Positions 13,622-24,549 of a stretch of 64,000 nucleotides of DNA are shown piece by piece. Under the pieces are notes generated by a model. It had not been told where the DNA came from, searched no databases, and worked only from the letters and a program-made list of their open reading frames with translations. Made by a program: the position numbers and the translations under genes. Source of the stretch: Octopus vulgaris (Eukaryota). Numbering within the stretch: the first letter of the stretch is position 1; each line of letters opens with the position of its first letter. Location of the stretch: positions 51,956,001 to 52,020,000 of the forward strand of contig OX597814.1 in NCBI GenBank assembly GCA_951406725.2, given 5' to 3'.

Positions 13622-13936
13622 ACGCTCAGTGGTTAGGGCAGTGGACTCGCGGTCGTAGGATCGCGGTTTTGATTCCCAGACCAGGCGTTGTGAGTGTTTA
13701 TTGAGCGAAAACACCTAAAGCTCCACGGACGGGGCTCTGGCAGGGAGTCATGGCAATCCCTGCTGTACTCTTTCACCACAACTTTCTCTCACTCTTTCTT
13801 CTATTGGCCCATTTGCTTAGCCAGCGGGGTGGCGTCATTTGAAGGCTAAAACAAGGCGAAGCGCATTGAGACCAGCAATGTGTAGCAACATCTGATAGCC
13901 TGGTTGGTCACGCGACGTGACATGACATGATGTGAC
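13622..13936 (+). mobile_element. tRNA-derived SINE family C
   Basis: A-box-like gctcagtggttag, B-box-like ggttttgattccc, CpG-rich body and a short tandem tail (cgtgacatgacatgatgtgac). Confidence 0.7.
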
Positions 13937-14039
13937 TTCTTTTCTGATGTTCCCCATCAAAATTTCTTTTGTAATATTGCTAATATATACAACCTATAAT
14001 ATTAATTTGTTGCATTCTGTAATATTTTCAACAACAGAT

Positions 14040-14450
14040 TCATTGATATTCAGCATTCCAAAATTTTTAAATCCCACCTAGATCATCAACTTTACCTTTC
14101 ATCTTTTCAAGGTCAATAAAATAAGTGCCTAACAAGTACTAACGTTAATGTAATTGACTAAGCCTCTTCTCCTAGAATTGCTGGCCTTGAGCCAAAATTT
14201 GAAACAATAGGGTTGCAAGTTGGCGGAATCATTAGCATGTCAGTCAAAATGCTTTGTCACATTTCCCTCAGTTCTTTATGTTCTGAATTTTCTCTCAGCT
14301 CTATGTTCTGAATTCAAATGTTACCAAGGTTGATTTTGCTTTCAATCTTTTTGGATTTGATAAAATAGGTACCAAGTGAGCATTGAGATTGATATAATTG
14401 ACTAACACCTTCCACCTAAAATTGATGGCCTTGGGCCAAAATTGGATATC
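14040..14450 (+). mobile_element. Two tandem SINE family B copies
   Basis: Two cores (cctttcatcttttcaaggtcaataaaataagt; gctttcaatcttttggatttgataaaataggtacc), each followed by ...tggccttg.gccaaaatt. Confidence 0.7.
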
Positions 14451-15264
14451 GTCATCATCATTATTTGCAAACTTGCCAATCAAATTTTTTCCTCGTGGTT
14501 GACATGAAAAATTGACTTTCAAATTAGAAAAAGATTACTAATTACAAGACAGACTTTTTCCGAATTGCCCAAATCTATTGCAAATCATCATCATAAATAG
14601 AAAAGCACATTAGATCATGGGCTCAAGATACACTGACTGAAAAAAAAAAATAAAAAAAAAAAAGGAATGCTTTTGGTCATAGGACTGACTTAAGAGCTAA
14701 ACAACAACATCAACCTCTCTAATTTGTATCTTTTTTAAGAAGACATGCTTCTCAAAATTTTGTAAAACTCAGTTTAAAAGATTTTTCATGTTTTTTTTCT
14801 TTACTTGCTTGCAAACTTGGCAATCAAAATCAAAACAAACAATCAAAAAGTGTATGGTGACTTAATCTGAAAAAGGTACTTGATACTGTCCTCCAAGTTA
14901 AATTAACAAAGCTCCTTTATTATGCACCATACATAATGACAAAAGTAAAGGACTTTGTAAATGTTTTAGTGACATTAATTAAGGAATATATAAGGGAAGA
15001 ATTCTTTTGTAAGCCAAACTGCAGCTAACAAAACTTTTCAAAGAAAATCAGTAAAATATGAACGTTCTAACTTTTCAAAAATCTTAATGCTTGACAGCAG
15101 ATAAATAAGCTTTTTATTGTATAGTGGCAGAGGAAATTTTCCCATAGATACTTTTTGCATGAAGAACATATACTTAAGAGCAGGGTAATATATTAAATGC
15201 ACTGAACAATAAAATGAAATAAAAAATAAAACATTTAATTAGCTACAATTACAATGATAATTAC

Positions 15265-15478
15265 TTTTAATTTAGGTGCAATGGCAGCAATTTTGAGGAG
15301 TGTGGTTTAATCCATGCCATTGACCCAGAACTTGACTAGTACTTTATTAGATCAACCCTGAAAGGATTAAAGGCATAGTTAACCACACAGGATTTGAATG
15401 CAGAAGGTAAGTAGCCAGAAGAAATACTGCAGGGGATTTTTCACAGTATTCTAGTTGATACTGCTAGTTTGTTGCCAT
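15265..15478 (-). mobile_element. SINE family B, degenerate
   Basis: gactagtactttatt..atcaaccctgaaaggattaaaggcatagttaacc...gatttgaa. Confidence 0.6.
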
Positions 15479-16769
15479 ACACTCATAGGAAAAGCAAAGT
15501 CATTGATTAGCATTAATGATACTTAATGTCAAAGGCAAAGAAAGCAACTTTGAAATCCAAATTGATTAAAAATTGAATGGGAGTATGCAGTGGAAGAGTG
15601 ACTGATCTTTCGTGTGTCATTTTTATTATACCTCTTCAGCAAAATTTAATTTTACTTTTGAATGCCAGCAAGAATATGTAAGAATATCTGAGTAAAAGTA
15701 TAGATTTCATCAAAAAGGTGTGAAGTTGTTACCATATTAGCCAAAAATCAGACACACTCCCCTACTACATTTCCATCACCTCTTATACAATATTTAGTCA
15801 ATTTGAATTTCTGAGTTGCCTCCCCAGTGCTTGACTAGAACTAATTAGCATTAATTATTTTAATGATTTTTTTTTAACTATGGTGTAATTTTAATTAAAT
15901 TTTCCTGGTTCACTTCATTATGTTATCCTACCCCTACACTTTAGTTACATAATTGCTACATTTCAGTTGGGAGTTACTTTGATTATTTTAAAATTAGTAA
16001 GGACTGTTCTGATTCAGAAACATAGATTAAAGGTTTGTACCAATAGTTGTTTAATCCCAGGTCAGCCTAAATTGAGCAGATCTCTGATCAGAGGTATTCC
16101 AGTAATGGATATCCTATTGTTTGTCAGAGTATTTAAGACTGAATTATTCTATGTAGCCTTCCTTTTCTATTAAATGGTAGAGGTATGATTTGAAGCAGAT
16201 TTGGTTGTTGATTTGTAGCAGGTTGGGAAACTACATAAAAGCCATGTTATGTTCCAGGGTTTTGTAAAAAGTATGAACATCACAACATCCTGTTTCTATT
16301 GCCCGAAATTCATTGGCTTTTATTATTATGTAAGAAACTGACAATTCAGAAAGTTGAAAATCATAGGATTAAACTTAAAACGTGTCATACTTGTCAGTGT
16401 GAAAGAAAGATTTCATACAGATTCAGAATTAATTGAATTGTAAAATAATATAATCTACTTACCATTGTTTTAATTCCTTTTTACTAACTGAAATGATAAA
16501 GAAAAACAGAAGATAATAAGTTGTTAGACAACTAAAATATCAAAAGTTAAGATTTTACTAAGATTAAAAATGATTAGTGAGCAAAAATATTTGTAGAATA
16601 TTTAAGGATATTTAATGTACCATGTGACTATTTTGTCAATGAGTCATTTGATCAAAGAAACTAGTTTCCCCTTTGTATTTTAATAAATATGCATTCTGCA
16701 AATACTTGTACTTTTAAAATAACCGTCAGGTACAAACAGCATAACAAGTGACAAAGTTGGCCCTTGAAT

Positions 16770-16984
16770 AATTTTGTTACCATATTTCTGTTAAAATCTC
16801 TACCTTTGTTTCAATTAATTTTGAAATTAATTAAGGAGTTAGTAAAATGATATTATTAAGATGTTTGGAAATAAATTAACAGGAAATTTTGATGAAAGGT
16901 TTTACTTTAGATTACTTTAAAACAAGAAAGTTTCTTTCAAAGGGCCAAGAGCAGTTTCAGGTGGGTTGGTATCAAAAGGTTTAA
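16770..16984. mobile_element. piggyBac-like MITE, family 3
   Basis: ttttgttacc ... ggtatcaaaaggtttaa; homologous to 43969-44187 (inverted) and 60105-60330. Confidence 0.6.
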
Positions 16985-17849
16985 AATTATAAGTACAGAT
17001 ATGCTTTCACATAGATGAAAGCATTAGAGAACTTAAAATATCAAAACAAGTGAGAATATGTTACACACTTGTCATTATGAAACAGGCTCAGAATTAATTG
17101 AATCATAAAATAGTTTTCATCTCTGAAATTGCACTCACAGTAGAAAATAGTTACTAAAGATGTCATACAGTAGGATCAAACCCAAGACTCCATGTGTAGG
17201 AAACAAACTTTTAAGGATTCAGCCATGCCTGCTGCACCCACAAAATATATGTACAAACCACACATAATGAATATATCAGTTGTTTTTACCCATGATAATG
17301 AAGGAATAGTGGACAGGTTAGTTAATAAGCTGAGCAAAAAAATATTACTACAGGGATCTGCTCATGAATAATTATATTTTTAAATCAATAAAGCATTAGC
17401 TAAATTATTTATAAAATAAAATCCACTAGTGTACTGACAGACAGGAACCACTCCTTGTGCAGGTAAAAAAATAGTTTGTCTGGTATAGTCACATATCTTG
17501 CTACAACTCCTTGTCCGAAACCATGCTCTAAGGCACAGTTGAGTGAGCATGAAAGAGAGGCAGACAGAGAAAATCCTGGTCTGACAACTTTAGAGTAGCA
17601 CCCTAATGATTGACTGCACCAGTTAAGGGAACTTGTTAAATTATTTAAGTAGGACACAAGGTAAATTAGTAGCCTGTTAAGACCCTTAAGTAGAATCAAA
17701 TATAAAAGGAAATGAGATTACCTAATATTCATATTGACCAATCTTACATATTTAGACTATTGGGTCTTTAAATGAATCTAAGGAACCTGATTAGACATAT
17801 AGTGTTGTCTACTTCAGTAACTTATTGTTTAAATTTAATCAAATTTAAA

Positions 17850-17960
17850 ATAGCTTTTCATTCCTCTACTGGAAAAGATATGAGAAAATAAAAGGCAATA
17901 TTGTACTAATGTTAGAACAAGCAACTATATCGCTTACTTTTAAACAGTGGACAAGCTTGT
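17850..17960 (+). pseudogene. Possible hAT/Ac-like transposase fragment
   Basis: YEKIK..I..MLEQATISLTLN-(frameshift)-WTS resembles the L..A..ISLTxDxWTS first catalytic motif of Ac/ZBED1-type transposases. Confidence 0.35.
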
Positions 17961-18154
17961 GCCTAAAAAGAAAGAAAACTAAAACGACAAACTTTATATT
18001 TATTGAAAGATAATATATGGAGTTCCTTATTGAACAAAAGTATCTCAGTCAAATTCAACATTGGATGAACTTTACATAGTGATGAAGAGTTATATGAAAA
18101 TTTAGAATGCTGAAAAAGTTGTTGAGAAAGAAAGAAAAATCAAAAGATAGCAAT

Positions 18155-18376
18155 TACTCTTTACTCTCTTTTACTTGTTTCAGTCATGTGACTGTGGCCA
18201 TGCTGGAGCACCGCCTTTAGTTGAGCAAATCGACCCCAAGACTTATTCTTTGTAAGCCTAGTACTTATTCTATCGGTTTCTTTTACCGAACCGCTAAGTT
18301 ACAGGGACGTAAACACACCACCATCGGTTGTCAAGCGAAGTTGGGGAGACAAACACAGACACACAAACATATACAC

Positions 18377-18429
<53 letters not shown>

Positions 18430-18591
18430 TACATGACAGGCTTCTTTCAGTTTCCGTCAACCAAATCCACTCACAAGGCTTTGGTCGGCCCGAGGCTATA
18501 GTAGAAGACACTTGCCCAAGGTGCCATGCAGTGGGACTGAACCCAGAACCATGTGGTTCATAAGCAAGCTACTTACCACACAGCCACTCCT
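18155..18591 (-). mobile_element. tRNA-derived SINE family A, near-complete, tail type 1
   Basis: Minus strand starts aggagtggctgtgtggtaag (A-box) ... gggttcagtccc (B-box) ... ccttgggcaagtgtc, has a central (TA)n/(TG)n tract and ends ...gactgaaacaagtaaaagagagtaaagag. Confidence 0.85.
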
Positions 18592-18744
18592 ATGTCTATG
18601 AGAAATATTAAAACCGATATTAAAACAAAGACGAAAAATTAAACTATTGTCATCTTCTTTGTCATTAACGTCAGTTGATACTACTGTTTTTAATAAATGT
18701 ATGAAAAAAAATTTGACCATTTGCAACAGGATTATTACTAATAT

Positions 18745-19130
18745 AGGTGCAGTCATGGCTTTGTGCTTAAGAAGTTTGCTTCCCAACCACATAGTTTCAA
18801 GTTTAGTCCCACCACATGGCACCTTGGGCAAGTATCTTCTACAATAGCCCTAAGCTGACAAAAGCCTTGTGAATGAATTTGGTAGACAAAAACTGAAAGG
18901 AGTCCTTTGTGTGCGTGTGTGTATGTGTGTACACATAATTATAAATGAATATCATTCATTCCCAATATTCTGCAAAAAACCTGTCTGACCATAGGGAAAT
19001 ATTACCTTGCTTGGAAACAGGTAAGGGCTGGTGACAGGAAAGGCATCTGGCTATAAAAAAATCTGTCTCAATAAATTCTGTTTGACCCATGCAAGCATGG
19101 AAAAGTGAGCATTAAAACAATGATGATGAG
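18745..19130 (+). mobile_element. SINE family A, tail type 2 (RTE-LINE-like tail)
   Basis: Same head as 18155, but ends gacccatgcaagcatggaaaagtgagcattaaaacaatgatgatg, matching the RTE LINE terminus. Confidence 0.8.
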
Positions 19131-19621
19131 AGTGTTGTTTATCCTGAAACCAGTCTTGACTAAGCAAACTTGTGCTCAAAGTCATTCCTGTCATAACTAA
19201 CTTATCTTTGTAGGAATATCCAAGTCAAATGTATTTTTTCTTTATTAAGACAATCGAATTTGATTTGAGGAAATATGGTTGCTATTTCTAGCAGGTCAAA
19301 CAATCACATAATTACTCCTTCAATGGCTACAGATATTATTTGATAAGATAGAAACCTGGATAATAGCAAAATTGCCTGAAGAAGGATCTATGTAGAAATC
19401 TATGAACATCATGAAAATAGTGCTAAAATAATCCTGCATCCATGGCAATCTGAAACTATATTAAGATGAATCCTTTAGAATAATCTTTTTTTTTCATTCT
19501 CACTAAGAAAACAACCACTATCATCATTATTATTATTGATGGGTGGAAATAAATACTATGTAAATATTTGTCTTTGAGTCTTAAAATAGACAGATTTCTT
19601 TCATTTTCAGTTGAAGCTAGC

Positions 19622-19960
19622 AATCATCATTATTTTAACTTGTTTTCCATGCTGGTATGAGTTGGATGGTTTGAGAGGAACTGGCCAGCCAGAGCTGCAC
19701 CAGGCTCCAATTGTCTGTTTAGGCATGGTTTCTATGGCTGGATGCCCTTCCTAATGCCAAGCACTTTACAGAATATACTGGGTGCTTTCTATGTGGCACT
19801 GGAATGGGTGCTTTTTACATGGCACCAGCACAGGTGGTTTTTATGTGGCACCAGCATGGATGCTTTCTACGTGGCATTGGCATGGGCACTCTTTACATAG
19901 AACTGGCATAAGAACCTTCAACATGGTACCAGCATGAGTGCCTTCAATGTGACACTAGTA
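19622..19960 (-). mobile_element. RTE-LINE 3' end with a ~26-bp tandem array
   Basis: (cat)n tail, ttttccatgctggtatgagttgg, then repeated ggtgctttttacgtggcaccagca-like units at 19781-19960. Confidence 0.75.
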
Positions 19961-20157
19961 TCTGCGACTTCAACTTAGCACTGACATGAGTGCTTGCAAT
20001 GTAACGCCAGCATGATAGCAGCATAGGTGCTTTCCAATGACTCGGATGCTTTGGCCAGCTCAGCCAACATTAGACAGTCCGATAATGGCTCAGCAGGCTG
20101 AAACTTCAAAGTCACAGTCAATACTATTCTTGTTAGAGAATTATATATATATATCTT

Positions 20158-20559
20158 GGGAAATAGTTGTGATACCTGTGCCGGTGGAACATAAAAAGCA
20201 CCATCTGAATGTGGCCGATGCCAGTATCGCCTTGACTGGCTTCTGTGCCTGTGGCACATAAAAAGCACCATCTGAACATGGCCGATGTCAGCGTCGCCTT
20301 GACTGGCTTCCGTGCCAGTGGCACGTTAAAAGCACCAACTGATCGTGGCCGATGCCAGACTCCCCTGGCCCCTGTGCCGGTGGCACGTAAAAAGCACCCA
20401 CTACACTCGCGGAGTGGTTGGCGTTAGGAAGGGCATCCAGCTGTAGAAACACTGCCAGATCAGACTGGAGCCTGGTGCAGCCCCTGGCTTCCCAGACCCC
20501 GGTCGAACCGTCCAACCCGTGCTAGCGCAGAAAACGGACGTTAAACGATGATGATGATA
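20158..20559 (+). mobile_element. Young RTE-LINE 3'-end copy with four hairpin units
   Basis: Cores at 20183, 20250, 20317 and 20379 (periods 67, 67, 62). CpG-rich; ends aaaacggacgttaaacgatgatgatgat. Confidence 0.85.
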
Positions 20560-20605
20560 TTTAGTTAAAATTTATATAAAAACAATACGTAGACTAGTGT
20601 ATGAA

Positions 20606-20613
20606 TAACAAGC

Positions 20614-20656
<43 letters not shown>

Positions 20657-20672
20657 TGTGTGAGTGTGTGTA
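20606..20672. repeat. (TG)n microsatellite
   Basis: Directly visible. Confidence 0.95.
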
Positions 20673-20764
20673 TACCGTGTCAGTAAATTATAAATCCAAA
20701 AGAGAAGCATACTAAGTTATAGAGCAGTAGAGTAATCAGATAAAGCTAGCTATGGTTGGTCTAT

Positions 20765-20824
20765 GGGCCTACCCAGGGTTTCACTTCTATAAAGCTCTTA
20801 GCTTTACAGCGTCTCTTCAGACCC
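20765..20824 (-). ncRNA. Minimal type-I hammerhead ribozyme motif (Penelope-type) within a ~170-bp element between microsatellites
   Basis: Minus: gggt-CTGAAGA-gacgctgtaaagct-aag-agctttatagaagt-GAAAC-cctgg-GTA-ggccc. 10-bp hairpin in stem II, palindromic stem III. Stem I register is off by one nt. Confidence 0.65.
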
Positions 20825-22194
20825 TAATGGCTGGTGGTTTATAACATATATACATATATAAATATATATATATATAGGAAGTTATGTGATTAGACAATCA
20901 GTTGTAGGTGATCATGAAAATGAAGTATTACAGCTAAATGAGTCTGAGTGTCCCTTACCTTGCAACAGTTAAATAGACTATTTGTAATAGGTTATATTAA
21001 ACTTTCAGTTATCTAGTGTTAATTCTTAGTTATATAAGTGTTCCTTGTTGAACTGTTTATTACTAAATCTAAATTCTGAGTCTGTGAATTATTTACCTCA
21101 TAACACTTATTTCTTACATACCCTAACCAATTATAATTGCTATTTCATTTATGGAATAATAACAGTAATAAAACACACAATTGCATTCATCTCTTTGATT
21201 CTTTTTCTCTTTCAGAAATGTGATGTCTACTATCCTCAGTTACAGAGAACAAATATACGGCTTTTCCTCACTTTTTTCATTCAAAAGCTAATTAGATTAA
21301 ATCTCTCCACATATTATTAACAAACTTTAGAGAAATAAACTATTGAAAATCTCATATCCTGGGAAACTACTGAAAATGAATGGAGTAAAAATAGAATTTG
21401 AAAAACCATTTTTTTCTTTTACTGCTTTTGTATTTTAGATTTTATTTATATATTTATTTTATTATCATTTATTTTATTATTATATTATTTCTTCTTTTGT
21501 AGGAACACTCGTAACTATTAAGTTGGTTTCAGTGTGGTAAAATAAAAGGTTCATTATTTTTTCATAGAACATTAAAAAAAAAAAAACAGAAACACTGGAA
21601 AGTCAAAAAGTACTTTCATCAGAAGCAAAAATAATTCTAAATCAATTACTCGTGTGTGTGTGTGTGTGTGTGTGCGTGTTTGAATGAGTGAGAGAGAGAG
21701 AGAGAGAATCTGTACAGTTTAACATTGTTCCAAAATCAATTTGAAGCTTGAACCAAACCATAAATAGAAACAAGTGAAATGTTGGTAATCATAGTCACAT
21801 ATGATCAGACATGTGATTCTTCACATGTACACAATACAGACAATATGCTAACATCTACATATAAACCTAGAAGCTAAAAAATTAGTCCCATTTTTTTGGT
21901 TGACTGTTTCAAAATGTACCTGCTGAAATTTCTTTCAACCACAATCTAAGTTAATCGAAGATACTTATGAGAAAAATATCAAATTTGATTATATTACAAT
22001 AAAGGGTATTAGCAATTTAGCATAGTTAGCAATTTTTGCTAACTATGAAATATATTTCTTCTGTGTAACAGTATGAAGGGTTTGTACTTTAGTAATAAAT
22101 GTTTAACAATTCAACATGACCCCCAAATATATAAATATACACACACATGCGTGCGTGCGTGCGTGCATGCGTGTGTGTGACCGACAGACAGACA

Positions 22195-22605
22195 TAACAG
22201 TTTGGGATTCAGTTCTACTGCACGATACCTTGGCAAATGTCATCTACAGTAACTCTGGGCTGACCAAAGCTTTTTGAGTGGATCTGGTAGACAGAAACTG
22301 GAAGAAGCTAGTCAAATATGCATATGAGTATAACTCTGTGTGTGTGTCTTGTTCTTTTAACATTGCATGCTAATTGTAAACAATCTTCAGCATCACACAA
22401 CCAATGTTGTGCATTTGCAACCTTCCATGAAAAATATGTCCAGTCACTGAGCTGCTTTGTGTTCAATAGATGAGGGAAGACATTTTGCTTGGAAAAAGAT
22501 TAAGGACAAACAACAGGAAGCACACCAGACTTAGAAAATCTGCTCAACAAATTTTCTCTGACCCATGCAAGCATGGAAAAGTAAAAGTTAAAATGTTGAT
22601 GAAGA
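22195..22605 (+). mobile_element. SINE family A, tail type 2, 5'-clipped
   Basis: ccttggcaaatgtc...gagtggatctggtagacagaaactggaagaagc...gacccatgcaagcatggaaaag...aaaatgttgatg. Confidence 0.75.
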
Positions 22606-22610
22606 CGAAA

Positions 22611-22660
<50 letters not shown>

Positions 22661-22664
<4 letters not shown>

Positions 22665-23375
22665 ACGGCGGAAATTGATTTGTAAACATTGTTATGATAA
22701 GTTGGAGGCAGCAATTGTGACGATAAAAAGTTGTTGTTATGTTTGCATGTTGCAGGATGTGTAAGATGAACAATGCATGAAGTTTTAAGAAAGTACTTAT
22801 TTACCATTACGTTACAAATACCTTGCCTCGACGGGCAGGTTTTGATAAATCCAAAAGCATGCAAAGTAAAGTTTGTGTTTGTGTGCTCTTCATTGTTTAG
22901 TAGTAGTAATTACAGGGAGAGATAGAATGATGCTGTAAGAGAACAGAATTAGAGCCAGAGAGAATTGTAGGGTGTTGTCTCACAGTTGCTTTCTCCCTCT
23001 GACCAAAGTTGGTCAGCCAGACCTTGTTGAGTCGTCACCGACTGTGACTAACTCCATTGAGTCATCACAACTGTGATGAACTCATTTTTGCTTGGGATGT
23101 GCTTGCTTATATAACCATCCAAAAGGATAGATATATCATTGAGAACAATAGATTTAGTTGGTGGTCTTTTTATCTCTATTTTAGCTTTTGGTGAAATAGA
23201 AGAGGTTAGAAAGGGTCAAGTGGGGAAGACATTATTTCGGCCTAGCTAAAGGCATCTGGAAAATGTAAAACTGCTGTCAGAGAAAAACCATTGTTCCACC
23301 ATGGGAACAGTTCTGTAGTAGCATTAATTTAAATTTGGCTATGGTGGATCGAATCCACTTCATGCATGCAAGATT

Positions 23376-23382
<7 letters not shown>
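22661..23382 (-). mobile_element. Probable solo LTR (722 bp) inserted in a (TA)n tract
   Basis: Begins TGTAACG and ends CACTACA (TG...CA with a TGTA inverted repeat); long (TA)n on both sides; TATATAA on minus at ~23107-23113. The strand is tentative. Confidence 0.55.
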
Positions 23383-23424
<42 letters not shown>

Positions 23425-23527
23425 ACAATGGGATAGACACATGGTTGACAAATTTAGAGGTAAGTTAGTAGCAGAGGGTATTATTTTGGAGGTATAAGAA
23501 ATAAAATAATAAACTTTCAGAAAGAAC

Positions 23528-23940
23528 ATTATCATCAACATTCTAATGTCTACTTTTCTATGGGCTGAAGAGAGTTTACTGAGGTAGAGATTTTTCTGCA
23601 GCCAGATGCTCTTCCTCTTACCAACTCTTACCTGTTTTTATAATAAAGGTGATATTTTCCTATAACCAGACATGTTTCACAGAAAATTCGAAATGAATAA
23701 CATTCATTTATAACAATCATGTGATGCCAAGACAGGGAGACACAGTCATTTACACATACATATATAAACAACAGGTTTCTTCCAGTTTTCATCAATCAAA
23801 TCCATTTATAAAGGTTGGTCAACCTGAGGGCTATAATAGAAGACACTTGACCAAGGTGCCACACATTATACAGTGGGAGTGAACCCCAAACCATGTGGTT
23901 GGAAAAGCAAACTGCTTAACCACACAGCCACACCTGCACC
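23528..23940 (-). mobile_element. SINE family A, tail type 2
   Basis: agaagacacttgaccaaggtgccac...accatgtggttgg...cttaaccacacagccacacctg head; (cat)-type tail at ~23528. Confidence 0.75.
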
Positions 23941-24549
23941 TTGTAATTAAAAAAAATTCCTTGTAGTAGCAGATAATGACCATTCTAAATTATTAATACT
24001 GGAGATAGTTCTAGTTAAAGTAGTAGTATTTATTATTTAACTCCAGGTCAGCCCTGACTGAGCACACTAATGGTTGAGAGCTTTCCTGCTCTAATCATCC
24101 TACCTTTCTCTCAGATATACCTATGATATTTTTTTAAACTATCCTTTCCTATTTCAAGACAGAAAGGTATAATCTGGAGATTTGGCAACAATGTTTTGCA
24201 GCTTAACCAACCGCACAAAAGATTACTAATCAATATAATGGAAGAAATTTGAGAAGCTGTTTCTATGTAATTGTGGTGGGAAACTTGATATTGAGAAATT
24301 AGTGAGTGTAAAAAGTGGCTGGGTAAGTAGGAGAAAGGAGAAATAGCTGTACAAGTATGGACAGGTGATGAAAATGAAAATGTCTTGTTAGTTGAAAATA
24401 GCAGTGGAGCTACAAATTAAGGGTATCCATGACAGAAGAGAGAAAAGGTGATGATATTAGTCAATTTAATATCAGCACAAACCTGTCTGAGACTACCTCG
24501 GTCTCTATGATACACAACCTAACATAAAACACTTGATTGTAATTATATA

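Noticed and set aside
13622-13690. tRNA gene
   Set aside because: No closed acceptor stem; it continues into a SINE body and tail. The same applies to the other SINE heads.
15590-15645. Minus-strand CTGAAGA...GAAAgatcaGTC
   Set aside because: Stems I and II do not pair.
19370-19470. Hammerhead-like CTGAAGA...GAAACtata
   Set aside because: No stem I pairing and no valid stem III or triplet; at best an unrecognisably decayed relic.
20178-20400. CRISPR-like array (26-bp repeat, ~40-bp spacers); likewise 31475-31760
   Set aside because: The spacers are homologous to each other, the arrays sit in LINE 3'UTRs, and there are no cas genes in this eukaryotic context.
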